Assembly: GCA_951406725.2 (NCBI GenBank)
Contig: OX597832.1
Coordinates: forward strand, 11,904,001 to 11,968,000
DNA length: 64,000 bases
Source of the DNA: Octopus vulgaris
Taxonomy: Eukaryota
Direction of reading: 5' to 3'
The notes under the pieces were generated by a model. The model was not told the origin of the DNA, did no database searches, and saw only the letters and a list, made by a program, of their open reading frames with translations. A program made the translations under genes and the position numbers. This document shows, in pieces, positions 1-13,035 of this stretch. The number at the start of each line of letters is the position of its first letter. The first letter of the stretch is position 1.

Positions 1-96
1 ATAATTCCTCATCTCTTAAATATAGAACTGTATGTAACCTTTTCTTGTTAAACAGAGAAATCAGAGAATGCATTATATATATATATATCTCATTCG

Positions 97-618
97 TTGA
101 TTTTGGGTTTGGATGATGATAACAATTGTAACACTTATAATGTGAATAGTAGTATAGGGGTGGTGTCCAATCTTAGATTTCCTCATTCTGTTAATCTTTG
201 TAATTTCAGAAATAAAAATAAATGTGTATTTGGTAATCAATGCCTCAGGAAGGAGGTAGTTTACCAATGCACTGTAGATACACAATTGAGTAGTAGGGTG
301 TATATCGGGGCAACTATGAATAGCATAAAACAAAGATGGAATTATCACAGATATACTTTTAGGAATAAAAATAGAATGTACTCTACAGGGCTAAGTGCAT
401 ACATTTGGGAACTTAAAAGTAAGAACTTAGATTTTAGATTAAACTGGAAAATACTAACTTCAGCACCTGTGTATAATGGAAAAAATAAAAAATGCTCTCT
501 ATGTATTAATGAAATTTTCTTCATTATTAAAGCGGGTCGGCAAATTATTAACAACATTAATGAAAAAAACTTCTTTTGTATTCATAGGCTACCGTTCACC
601 TTTTCTAGATTCAAATAG
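97..618 (+). CDS. GIY-YIG endonuclease domain of a Penelope-like retroelement (Neptune-like type); 5'-truncated, no RT in window
   Basis: Translation shows C-x-x-R-x4-C-x5-C followed by VVY...YIGAT...KQRWNYH...TGLSAYIWELK...WKIL...CSLCINE...IN...E..CIH, the pattern of PLE GIY-YIG domains with a Cys-rich linker. The frame is open from a TTG that abuts a (TA)n tract at 74-88. Confidence 0.88.
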   Translation: MILGLDDDNNCNTYNVNSSIGVVSNLRFPHSVNLCNFRNKNKCVFGNQCLRKEVVYQCTVDTQLSSRVYIGATMNSIKQRWNYHRYTFRNKNRMYSTGLSAYIWELKSKNLDFRLNWKILTSAPVYNGKNKKCSLCINEIFFIIKAGRQIINNINEKNFFCIHRLPFTFSRFK

Positions 619-2335
619 AACTTAGCACTTCCACTATTATTAATTTTTTAATTCCCTTCTTTAACTAAATATACCTGTGGTCTTCTATAATTCTAAAGTA
701 TACAATTTATAAATTTTATAATTTTATAATTTTTATAGCTACATTTGTATAATAATTAATGGATGTGTCTAGTATTATTGGTTTCTTGTTTTTTGTATGT
801 GGGTTTTTGTTTGTTTTTTAAGAGAAATGCAATATGACATAAAATAACATATTCATTTTGGTATTTGCCTTGTAATGTGTGATTTTTGAAGTTTTCCAAT
901 ATTGCATAGTATATTGCATAGTATATATATATATCTTGGTTAGATACCTAGCTCTGGATAATGTAATGATATTGTATAATATGTAATATATGAGAGCCTT
1001 TTGTGAGTTTGGTGGGTTTAGGTTGAGATTATAGGTTTTTTGTATGTGTTTATTTGGAAGGTTTTTATTGTATATTTGGTCTTTTTGTACTCACCTTAAT
1101 TTGTATCTTATGCTATTCACTGATAAACCTTTTTCATTTTTTTCATTTTCTCATTTACATGCATTTTGCTTTATAATTATTACCAGCCTCATATATTTAG
1201 TTTATATCTATAGTCCTCTGGATCTGTACTTTAAACTATCCTTCCATACATATTTACTTTCAACAATATAACATATATATTCACTTTATTTATTTTTTAT
1301 TTATTTTCCATTTTATTGTAATATTATCAATCTTTGCATCTAGTCTTCTATTTATTTATTTATTTGCCTATTTAAGTGTAGATGTTTACATACATATCAA
1401 GTCATCTAATTTGTTACCTATTTATTTTTTTACTTATTTACTTATACTGGGGTAGTTTTATACATACATATCTATCATTTATTTTTATTTAATTTTAATA
1501 ATATATGAATACATATATACTGGTTTGTACTTATAATTATGTGTATAACCGTATTTATTCCTTCGTATTTATTCCTTCTTATTTATTTTATCACTTTTCA
1601 TCTTAAGTCTTTATAATATAATATAAAATTTATTTAAAATTTCTGTGATGTTCTCATAAGCGTTTACATTAGTACTTCCCCTTCTATTCTTTAATGCCTA
1701 AACTGGTATATTATGGCACTATATTTATTAAGTTAATAAGTGACTTATTTATAATATTTAAATTAATATATATTTTATATTTTATATTTTATAATTTAGC
1801 GTACTTAAAATCATAACAAACTTACGATAAATCTAACAACCGTATGTTTACTCTGCAACAAACCGGTGTTATAAATTTTAAGTTACCCATGAAATAATTA
1901 TCTGACTTAGTAACATACTGATATTTAAAAATATATTTATATCTAAATTAAATATTTTATGGAATGCATGGATGGTTCTTTTTTTGTTATTGAGGCACAG
2001 TTATAATTTTGAAGGACTAAATGGTAGCATAGTTGCTTCCCTTTTTTGTTTATCTAAGTGCTAGTTGTTGCTTGTGATTATGTATGTGTATAAGTGTATG
2101 TATATACATATAACTATGTGTGTATGTGCGATTGATCTGTAGATGCGTGTGTGAATATTGGCGTTCCCTGACTAACCAACCGTATAATTTTCTTTTGTGA
2201 TTTAAATTTCAAACCAATAGCCAATCGAATTAATCTAAATTTTCTTTACCTAGTGGTCAGAATTTCTTAACTCATAGTTATTTCGATCTTGAAAGGATGG
2301 ACTTGGTGCTAACTTAACTGTATCTATTTTTATTA

Positions 2336-2381
<46 letters not shown>

Positions 2382-2720
2382 AGTAATTTTTATTAACTTT
2401 TATAGCTTTAGAATTTTATGAACTGTACCATGGTTTTAATTATTATTTTTCATCTCCATATGTGTTAGCCTTTTTTTTATAAAAAAACTATTAGCCAAAT
2501 ATGTATAATATCGGTACTTATTAATATTAATATATACACTGTTATATATTTTGTTTTATTTTGTTCTGTTTACCTTCCTTTTTTGTACAAATGTGTATTA
2601 TATTATATAAGTGTAGCATTATGATGTATAAGTTTTTATATTTTACATTTTTATATTTTTATATTTATATGTATATGATTATATAATATTTTTCACTATT
2701 ATAACAAATTTAATTTAATT

Positions 2721-2828
2721 CTCTGAAGAGGCCGTGGGGCATCCTTGTTAATGCCTCATTTATACCTGCCTTTATGGCTTATAGGTTAAATGAGGTATGA
2801 CTGTCCTCACTGCCGAAACAGCTGTCAG
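2721..2828 (+). ncRNA. Type I hammerhead ribozyme with long stem II
   Basis: CTGAAGA 2723-2729. Stem II closes GGC/GCC and contains ATGCCTCATTTA/TAAATGAGGTAT. GAAA 2815-2818, palindromic stem III ACAGCTGT, GUC site 2824-2826. Stem I is weak (CT/AG, then mismatches). Confidence 0.8.
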
Positions 2829-3101
2829 TTTTGATTTATTTGCATATTATATTTGAAATTTTTTACTTATATCTCTTTATCTTTTTACTATTACTGTATA
2901 TCTCATTTCATTTTATATATTGCCTTTACTCATATGTAATGGTGTATTAAAGTATGGATTGAGTATCATCGGATAGTTGATGTTTTACTGATTTAAGTAT
3001 GTTTCTCCATTCTCTAATTTTGTAGTATATATATATATATATATATATGAGATGTACTTGCATAGCGAGTGACTTGTGTGTGTATATATATATATATATA
3101 A

Positions 3102-3617
3102 CTAGCTTAAAAGCTGCACTCGCTGCCGGCTTTTTAGGCTAGCTCGTGCGTAGGGCTGATTGGACCCAAAACTAAGGTGAGGTAAATAGCATGACTATAA
3201 TGCATCTATACTGACTTTATGCCTTGGTGGTGTTTGAAGGACGGATGGTAATTAATTCCGTAAATCAATCATTCTATTGATTTGAATTCCAGCTGTTGGC
3301 CAATCCGTCCCAAAGTTCTCGATGTAAAATTTAATGAAGCGAATGTCATTAATCTCTATATTGATCTCTGACGTCTTCTGACCAACGCCGACAAAGATGA
3401 CTTGAATCAGCCAAGCGTTACCTGCTAGAAATAGCAACACCAATGCTTTTAAATCAGATCCCAATGCTAAATGTTCAATAACTAAATGAATGGCAGATCT
3501 TCAATGCCAGGATCATCCTGATTCCAAAAAGGTATAATACGTCTATGTATAACAAATTTAGAGTGAGATATAGGGGTCCCAGACGGACAGACAGTATTTC
3601 GCGTTTATCATTATAGA
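3102..3617 (-). mobile_element. Non-autonomous Helitron-like element
   Basis: Minus strand starts A|TCTATAATGATAAA followed by CTGTCTGTCCGTCTG, and ends GCAGCTTTTAAG-CTAG|T. TC...CTAG termini between A and T. Confidence 0.6.
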
Positions 3618-3618
3618 T

Positions 3619-4034
3619 GCCAGGGCGGCGAGCTGGCAGAATCGTTAGGACGCCGGGCGAAATGCTTAGCGGTATTTCGTCTGCTGTTACGTTCTAAATT
3701 CAGATTCCACCGAGGCCGACTTAGTCTTTCATCCTTTCGGGGTCGATTTAATAAGTACCAGTAACACATTTGGGTCGATGTAATCGACTTAATCCGTTTG
3801 TCTGTCCTTGTTTGTCCCCTGTGTTTAGCCCCTTGTGGGTAGTAAAGAAATAGGTATTTCGTCTGCCGCTACGTTATGAGTTCAAATTCCGCCGAGGTAG
3901 GCTTTGCCTTTCATCCTTCCGGAGTCGATAAATTAAGTACCAGTTAGACACTGGGGTCGATGTAATCGACTTAATCCCTTTGTCTGTCCTTGTTTGTCCC
4001 CTCTATGTTTAGCCCCCTGTGGGCAATAAATAAA
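3619..4034 (+). mobile_element. tRNA-derived SINE, family A (Nin/Deu-like central domain), internally duplicated, with 15-bp TSD-like flanks
   Basis: A-box-like GAGCTGGCAGAATCGTTAG, B-box-like GTTCAAATTCC, body CTTTCATCCTTTCGGGGTCGAT..AGTACCAG present twice. Flanks TTTATCATTATAGAT (3604-3618) and TTTATTATTATAGAT (4035-4049). Confidence 0.85.
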
Positions 4035-5108
4035 TTTATTATTATAGATACCCTCCAAGATAGCTTATATCTTAAATGGTTACATAATTACATCTGATGA
4101 AATAATTACATCAGTGAAATGCTGACCTGTACATCTACCGGAAAAAAGTTTATCTCTTATAGGAAACAAACGATGAAACACAAAACCTAATAATATCTTG
4201 CAAGATACCTTTATGAAGAATAGACGGTCGCATTTAGTATGTTCTTTTAAAGGTTGGCTCAATCAGATCTTGACCTAAGGCGTTGAACTGCAACAAATGT
4301 AGTTGGTTAAATATGAAATTCGATGCCAAACGAGAGACAGTCTAAATATAAGACATATTGGGAAAGCTTACGGTTTTCTATTTAGGCAAAGTTTTTGAAA
4401 CTGATGGTTAAAAGAACTCTGCTCTCATGTGATATAAATATTTGAAATCATATTTTTTTGTCTTCAATGAAGAACATTAAGTTCGCCATAATGCCATAAT
4501 GTACAGACAACAATTTGCATAAATAACTTACCATCAGATAATAATTTAGTTATCCTATGTGTATAATAGGTTTCTTTTGATATATTGCTTTGCGTTCATT
4601 TCTACTTTAAGTACAATGCGATGCACTGGCTTCTCATACACAGAGACACACACGCGCGCACACTCTGAAACACAAACACACACACATACACGCACACACA
4701 TACAATCATGTACGTATGTATATATGTGTGTATGTATGTATAATGTATTAACGAAAGAAGAAAGATCATAATGAATTACATGAATGAATGATTCTTCATT
4801 CTATAGATGCATTTCTATACTACATTAAGCAACAGACGCATACGAGTTTCTATGAGCATTCATAATACACACATAAACTCACAAGCATACGTACACACAC
4901 AAGCACGCGCGCGGGAGGACAATCACATACGCAAGCACGCATACATATACATACGTACATTCATACAATACGATATATAAGTTAAATATAAGATATATAT
5001 AAAATACGAAATATGAAAACATATGACACATACGTGGTTATATACGTACGTGTGTGTGTGTGTGTATATATATATTATATATATATATATAGATAGATAG
5101 ATGTACAT

Positions 5109-5160
<52 letters not shown>

Positions 5161-5199
5161 AGAGAGTGAGAGACAGACAGACAGAGAAAGACAGATATA

Positions 5200-5200
5200 C

Positions 5201-5234
<34 letters not shown>

Positions 5235-5238
5235 TAAA

Positions 5239-5282
<44 letters not shown>

Positions 5283-5289
5283 TAAATTC

Positions 5290-5334
<45 letters not shown>

Positions 5335-5344
5335 TAAATTCATT

Positions 5345-5376
<32 letters not shown>

Positions 5377-5386
5377 TAAATTCATT

Positions 5387-5422
<36 letters not shown>

Positions 5423-5442
5423 CACACATATATAAATTCATT

Positions 5443-5480
<38 letters not shown>

Positions 5481-5497
5481 CACACATATATAAATTC

Positions 5498-5548
<51 letters not shown>

Positions 5549-5552
5549 TAAA

Positions 5553-5602
<50 letters not shown>

Positions 5603-5622
5603 TCACATATATAAATTTATTT

Positions 5623-5658
<36 letters not shown>

Positions 5659-5677
5659 CACACATATATAAATTTAT

Positions 5678-5713
<36 letters not shown>

Positions 5714-5734
5714 CACACATATATAAATTATATT

Positions 5735-5766
<32 letters not shown>

Positions 5767-5779
5767 CACACATATATAA

Positions 5780-5828
<49 letters not shown>

Positions 5829-5838
5829 TAAATTTATT

Positions 5839-5872
<34 letters not shown>

Positions 5873-5891
5873 CACACATATATAAATTTAG

Positions 5892-5940
<49 letters not shown>

Positions 5941-5953
5941 CACACATATATAA

Positions 5954-5998
<45 letters not shown>

Positions 5999-6013
5999 CA
6001 CACATATATAAAG

Positions 6014-6049
<36 letters not shown>

Positions 6050-6060
6050 TTATGTATATA
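5200..6060. repeat. Higher-order compound microsatellite
   Basis: About 15 units of (TA)n-CACACATATATAAATT(C/T)ATT-(TA)n with variable TA length. Confidence 0.9.
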
Positions 6061-6659
6061 ATATATATATACACGCACATATATAGAAACGTGACTGTAC
6101 ACGAGTGTTTGTTTTGGGCGCGCTTGTCGGTGCGTATGCGAGTGTGTTCATATTTATGTATATCAACTTTTTCAACTCTTCAGTTTTCTAAATATACACT
6201 CTACACAGGGTAAACTTTCACATTTGATCCAAGCAAAGTGAATATCATCCATTTAAACAGAACAATTCCAGAAACACAGAAAATTGTTTCCAAAAATCTA
6301 AAATAACACGTACAGTATCGCCATTTTGTTTTCTGTTATTTCTATAAATACACAAACATAATTAGAATGTCTGACCTTGGAATCCACTAGACAGACATGA
6401 TCGATGTTTGTTGAAGATAATTCGAGAATATTTGTAGCACTTCTTTGTTGTCCCTCGTTCTTTGCCAATCCACAACATAGCTAAAACGTTCAACTTTGGA
6501 ATCACCCTTACAGACAAATTTCTATTGGCGCTATTATTGTTGTTTTTCTTTCTTCACTGTCATTATAATGATGATGACTGTGACGATGGTATGAACAAAA
6601 ACAGCAACGACTATGGTAATAATGACAACAACAATAACAAAAACAATCCTTTGTATTAT

Positions 6660-7330
6660 AGGTACAATGCCTGAAATTTGGGGGAGGGCGGATAGTCGAC
6701 TGCATCGACCCCAGCACTCAATTGGTACTTAATTTATCGAACCCGAAAGCATGAAAGGCAAAGTAGAGCTCGGCGGAATTTCAGCCCAAAACGTGGCGAC
6801 AGGCGAGATACCGCTAAGCATTTCGTCTAACGTGCTAACAATTCTGCTAGCTTGCTACCTTGATAATAACACAATAATAATAATAATAATAATAATAATA
6901 ACCCTAAAGGCACATGGATGAAAGTCAAAGTCAACTTGCCTCGGAAGAATTTGAACTCTGAATGTAGAGACTAAGGAAATGCTGCTACGCATTTTGTTCC
7001 CCGTGCTAATGATTCTACAGCTTTAATTATTATACGCTTTTCTACTCTACGTACACGGCCTGAAATTTGGAGATTGCATCGATCCTTGCGCTCAGTTAGT
7101 AATTAATTAATTCTACTGGGCTCAATAAAATGTAATAGGAACAAAGCTATCAGTTTTTAGGGATGTGGTTAGTCAATTACATCGATTTCAGGACTTAACT
7201 TTACTTTCCCTTCACTTTATTAATTCCGGAGGGATGATGCGCATAAGTGACCCCAGCAGGATTGGCTCTTACAAAGTAAAGAGCCGCAGCAAATATCGCA
7301 AATATTTTTGCCCAAACCCCTAACAAATCT
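6660..7330 (-). mobile_element. Cluster of diverged family A SINE copies
   Basis: Reverse-complement SINE A motifs (ATCGACCCCAG, GGTACTTAATTTATCGA, ATGAAAGGCAAAGT, GCTAAGCATTT) recur, separated by (AAT)n. Confidence 0.75.
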
Positions 7331-7939
7331 ATTAATCTCATGTCTTTTATGATTGTTTCTGATTTATTCTATTAGGCACAAGACCGACAGCTGTGAAGGA
7401 AGGGTTTGGTCTTCGCGATTTGTATGTTTGAAAAGTATACTTTAAAAGAAGCTTAAAATAATCTAAATACCGCAACTCCGTTTTCATCAACGTCGTGATC
7501 ATTAACCCCGCCGTTGTCGTTATAGTTGTCATAATCAGCATCATAGCATCATCCCTTTCATAGTCGTCGTCATCGTCAGCATCATAAGCATCATCTGTTT
7601 CATTATCACCGTCATTTTTCGTTGTCATGGAGATAATCGATAACTCTCAAAATGGCGCTTTGATATCAATGGGTTTCTCACATTAGGCAGACATATCTAT
7701 TTGTAGATTAGTGGAAATAAACAACAGTGCAAAATGAAATTGATTTTATATTAAGGATTTTGGTGATATTTGATAATTTCAGAAATATAATCTAATTATA
7801 AAATTAATATGCAAATTAATACCATTGAAATATTAGATTAACAGTAGATATAACGTGATTATATAAGCCATACTAGTATACAACAATATATTCTCTTTAA
7901 CTTTGTATATCGCTATTGTTAAAAGTTAGAAATAGGAAG

Positions 7940-8770
7940 GGCGACAGACAAAGTACTTTGCTGCGTGTCTACAAATGGTCGTAAATGACATTGACTACAT
8001 AAGTGATGCGAACATCTACGGCAAGCTATTAATGTACTTCTGATTTGCAGATGACTTCATACTCATCCGCAAAAGTACAGATCAGGTGCAGTCCATGCTG
8101 ACAGAGCTAGACACCCATGGCTCAGCAGAAGGCCTTGAAAGGAAGCACATGAAAGCAAATCACGTACAGCGTGAAAAATGTAGTTAAAGACCGAATAGAG
8201 GTGAAATGTGAGAAATACATCTACATAGGGCTAACATTGAATACGCACCGCAAACCGTAGATGTTGAAAATCTCTATGAATAAGGGCAGGCTAGAAGGTG
8301 TGTGCCTCAATAAAGGATGTGCACAAAACAAATATGGACATGATCATGAGTGCCTGGCTCTTCAATAGCACTATCCTATCTGTGCATTTATAACGCCTGT
8401 AAGATGTGGGCTATTACGATGAGGGAAGATTATCGATTACCTACGAGACAATGAGCTACAGAGAGATCTGTTCTGGATATATCGTTAGGACAACATATTC
8501 GAGATGAAATAATTGCACTACGGAATGGAGTGAACGATGTGATCGCTGAATATAGAAAACACTTGTTCTTCTGGGCCGGATATGCCACAAGGTTTACAGG
8601 CAACAGATGAACTCGTACAGTAGCCAGGTTGCACCCAAGAGATCGGAAAACCCGATCTTGAATGCACTCCAAGACGACGACAAGGCGATGTACTAAAAAG
8701 CTGATTCGGAGAAGATGGAAAAGAACTGCATAATCAAGAAAGAAATGGAAGCACAAATTGATTAGGGATG
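7940..8770 (+). pseudogene. Decayed 3' end of an RTE-clade LINE reverse transcriptase
   Basis: Manual translation: IYGKLLMYF*FADDFILIRKSTDQVQSMLTELDTHGSAEGLE (FADD motif), KYIYIGLTL, and WAGYATRFTGNR*TRTVARLHPRDRK. Contains stops and frameshifts. Confidence 0.85.
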
Positions 8771-8817
8771 TATCATAACATCTGACAGTATTTTCGATAC
8801 AGTGATATGTGTGCGTG

Positions 8818-8882
<65 letters not shown>

Positions 8883-9962
8883 CGCGCCTCTATATGTATA
8901 TATATATTTATATACACCAATGGTATATGTGTGTATGTATGCATGTATGTATGTACGTTTGTATATTCACACAAAAAAAAAAGGGACATCGTGATTTTCT
9001 GTATGTATTGTACGCTGATCATCAGATCGAGAGAGCTTGGATTCAATTCCTGAACCGGGTGGTGCGTTGCAGTCTGGGACAAAACATGTCATGTCATATT
9101 GCCCCGCGATCGCCTTCTTCCGTGATATGTCGATTTGATGGCGGCTATGATCTAATGCACAGTACGTATTTTTCATCACTATAAACAAATCACGTGTGCC
9201 GGTTGTTCAGCAATAAATTGCAGAAACGTTCTACTCCGACTAGGAGAGACAGTCATCATCATCATAATCATCGGCAGCAGTTGCATCTTTCTCATCATCT
9301 TCATCATCTATGTGCACATACAGAAAACCATAAATCACTGTGTGACGTAGAGGTTCTCTCTGCACTCGTGAGGCACCAGATCCACTAAACTTCATCAACG
9401 CTTCGTGAAAAGAATTCACTTGTCAGAAATTGAGCCGGTGTTCTTACTCTCGATTAAATATCGTATTGATATAAGTAAATTCAGTATAACTAATCGATAA
9501 ATCAATATTTATTGAGAAAAACAAATGCCTCTTTAATCTTGTTTGTTATCAGAGCTTTTCCAAAATACATCATTTAATATGATGATTACTAAATTTATAA
9601 ACACTTCATATTGACGAGTGTGCTTTCATTATACTTCGTTTGTTGTTTCATCTAATGTTACATCAGTCAGTAAAGAATATTCAAATTCATTTCATTGAGA
9701 GGCTTCCCAGTTCGTCCACTTCAAATAATGATGAATTTTGTCTGTCATCATTATATCAAGTATATATGATGTACGTATGTATACTTGGGTGGTGTATGTA
9801 TAACAATGTTTGCGTTTGTGAAGACAAAAGAAATATGAAGAAAAAAACAACCATACAACACATGTATGTGTGTGTTTGTGTGTTTGTGTTTGTATGTATA
9901 TTCATATCTGTGTATAGATATATCTGGTTGGCTGTCTGAATGGTCGAAATATATATATATAT

Positions 9963-10124
9963 AGGCACAGGTGTGGCTGTGTGTTAAGTAGCTTGCTTGC
10001 CAGCCACATGGTCATGGTTTCAGTCCCACTGCGTGGTCATTGGGCAAGTGTCTTCTACTATAGCCTCGGGCCGACCAAAGCCTTGTGAGTGGCTTTGGTA
10101 GACGGAACTGAAAGAAGCCCGCAG
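9963..10124 (+). mobile_element. tRNA-derived SINE, family B (CORE-like), 5' half
   Basis: GGCACAGGTGTGGCTGTGTG...CCCACTGCGTGG...TGGGCAAGTGTCTTCTACTATAGCCTCGGGCCGACCAAAGCCTTGTGAGTGG; repeated many times in the window. Confidence 0.85.
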
Positions 10125-10434
10125 TATATCTAGCAATCTATATTATCTATATATATATATATATGTGTGTGTGCGTGTGTGTGTATGTATGTATGTATGT
10201 ATATATGTATGTACGCATACATATTTTAAAATTGAAAGTCTCTCCAGAAAATATTTCTACTGTATAAATAGCAGGGATCAATGTTGACACCTGTACACTA
10301 TATTTCTAATAGGTAAAGATACCAGCCACGAAAGAACAGTCTTCCAAATTATATACTCTCACATACACACACACATATATCTATATATACATACATATAT
10401 GTACACATATACATACATATATAGTACATATGTG

Positions 10435-11585
10435 GAAAATTGGTGTGTGCTTGTTTGTAGCGTTGTTAGCTAACTCCTCCTCCATCATTTGATGAAACTT
10501 GTCATGTGAGAAGAACTTATGTCTGGAAACCACGTCACATACTTAAATTGTTGAAATAAATCGATAATACTGACAATGGAAGGGACTTTTATATGTACCT
10601 CATATAACTATTTTTTTTAAACTACGAAGGGAAATAACCCATAGCACCTGTACGATGTTTTTTTAAGCACCCAAGAGAAATAACCAATTTCATTGCTTAT
10701 GTTCGAGTACTTTAAATATTGATTTTTCATGTGTGTACTATTTATAATTTTTGCAGAAAATACTCTATTTGACACATAATTAGACCTCATTTCTAGAGAC
10801 CACGTGACATACTTAGATTATTGAAAAACATCAATAACAGGGCTCTTCCAATGGATCCTTCTATCTACTACATATTAATAATATTTCATTTAAACAACCC
10901 AAGGGAAATAACCCATGCCACCTGCAGATTTTAGTGAAGTGATCAATATTTGATTCTCACGATCAGCCAACCAAATTCTGCATTTCACTACTCACAGTTT
11001 TGAAATGCTAGACATTATTATTGCCCTTCCTTAATTTGAATCTTAAACATTAAAGACTTCATTCATACATCTCTATACGTACTTTTTTCAATGCCCATTA
11101 CTCCGACAATTCTGCATTCTTACAGTTACACATTTTCCATGACAGTACATAAATTTTTTCTCCACAAGGTTTGTTTAGTGAATTTATGCAGGCATAGCGA
11201 GTATTCGATCCTTGTTTCACAAATTTCACTTAACACATCAACAGCGCTTCCCTCGCGGTAAAAAAAAAAAGAGATTTTCTGTGAATGACAACAGTTATAC
11301 ATTTACCAGATGCTTTCGATAAGTAGAATAATGCCTTTGCCATTAGTAAACCTCCGACAGTCTCTCTTATTAACCTCCGACAACCTTTCTAGCTAAACTT
11401 CGAAAACCTCTCTCGCCAACATCCAACAATCTCTCACTCCTCCACCTGACACATTTTTGTAGATTTTCGTGATAGAAAACACACATTTCTTGCTAGTTAT
11501 AACTAAATTGCTTTCTTATACAAGATTAATAAGGCATTTCAATTGAACATCTTTACCTCCGGGAATTACCGGTTACACCAGCTAG
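10435..11585 (+). mobile_element. Helitron-like non-autonomous element with an internal duplication
   Basis: 3' hairpin CCGG-GAATTA-CCGG (11559-11572), then CTAG|T at 11582-11586. Diverged internal repeat 10520-10650 vs 10790-10925 (CCACGT.ACATACTTA, AAGGGAAATAACCCAT). 5' end uncertain. Confidence 0.5.
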
Positions 11586-11674
<89 letters not shown>

Positions 11675-12080
11675 ATATACACATACATATATAGATATAT
11701 ACATATATATATACATACATATATATGCATATACATACATATATACATATATATACGCACACACATATATATATACATACACATATATATATATATATAT
11801 ATACGTACATTTTCACACACATATGCGTGCATACACACATATACATAAATATTTACATATACATATATATATGCATACATACATACATAAAGATATATAT
11901 GTATACATACATATACGTATTTATATATATATATATACACACATAAATATACATACGTATACCTATATAGATATTTATACGTGTGTGTGTGTAAATGTGA
12001 GTGTATATGTGTGTACTAACATCTATGTTGAGTAGTATTTTATATATTTCACCCGAGTCGAAGATTCTCTTAGCTTGCCA

Positions 12081-12120
<40 letters not shown>

Positions 12121-12387
12121 GCGCGCATGTATGTAAACATGTGTGCATATATATAAATATTAGTATACACATACTTCACTAAAAGCTGTACCGGAAACAA
12201 CACCGATTAACTACAGGTGGTGCACCAGTATGACTTCAGCCCAGGTCTGCAACCAGTACAAGATGAAAGATATATATATATATACACACATATGTGGAGG
12301 CGGGGTATACATGTATGTATATGTGCATTTGTGTATGTAAATATATGTGTATACTTATGAGGGTTTATATAGATGTATGCATGTATG

Positions 12388-12389
<2 letters not shown>

Positions 12390-12433
<44 letters not shown>

Positions 12434-12452
12434 TATGCACACACACACACAG

Positions 12453-12483
<31 letters not shown>

Positions 12484-12543
12484 CATACATATATATGCAC
12501 ACACACACACACAGATATATATATATATATATACATATATATG

Positions 12544-12583
<40 letters not shown>

Positions 12584-12613
12584 ACATACATATATATGCA
12601 CACACACACACAG

Positions 12614-12650
<37 letters not shown>

Positions 12651-12660
12651 CATATATATG

Positions 12661-12709
<49 letters not shown>

Positions 12710-12718
12710 ATATATATG

Positions 12719-12788
<70 letters not shown>

Positions 12789-12843
12789 CACACACAGATA
12801 TATATATATATATATATACATACATATATATGCACACACACAC

Positions 12844-12886
<43 letters not shown>

Positions 12887-12973
12887 CATATATATGCACA
12901 CACACACACAGATATATATATATATATATATATATACATACATACATACATATATATGCACATACACACACAC

Positions 12974-13009
<36 letters not shown>

Positions 13010-13035
13010 GCACACACACACATATATATATATAC
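12390..13035. repeat. Higher-order compound microsatellite
   Basis: Repeated unit (TA)n-CATACATATATATG-(CA)n-(GA)-(TA)n. Confidence 0.9.

Larger units (their letters stand above)
89..3025 (+). mobile_element. 3' part of a Penelope-like element: GIY-YIG ORF, ~2.1 kb T-rich 3' region and a terminal hammerhead motif, bounded by (TA)n
   Basis: GIY-YIG ORF, HHR at 2721-2828 on the same strand, consistent T-rich strand bias from 619 to 3025, and (TA)n tracts on both sides. Boundaries inferred. Confidence 0.65.

Noticed and set aside
3252-3464. 70-aa ORF inside the Helitron-like element as a captured gene
   Set aside because: No recognisable domain; it contains the TGCTATTTCTA repeat motif also seen at ~35056 and ~59427.
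4094-4130. CTGATGA...GAAA as a hammerhead
   Set aside because: The core itself pairs with CATCAG; no stem II or stem III.
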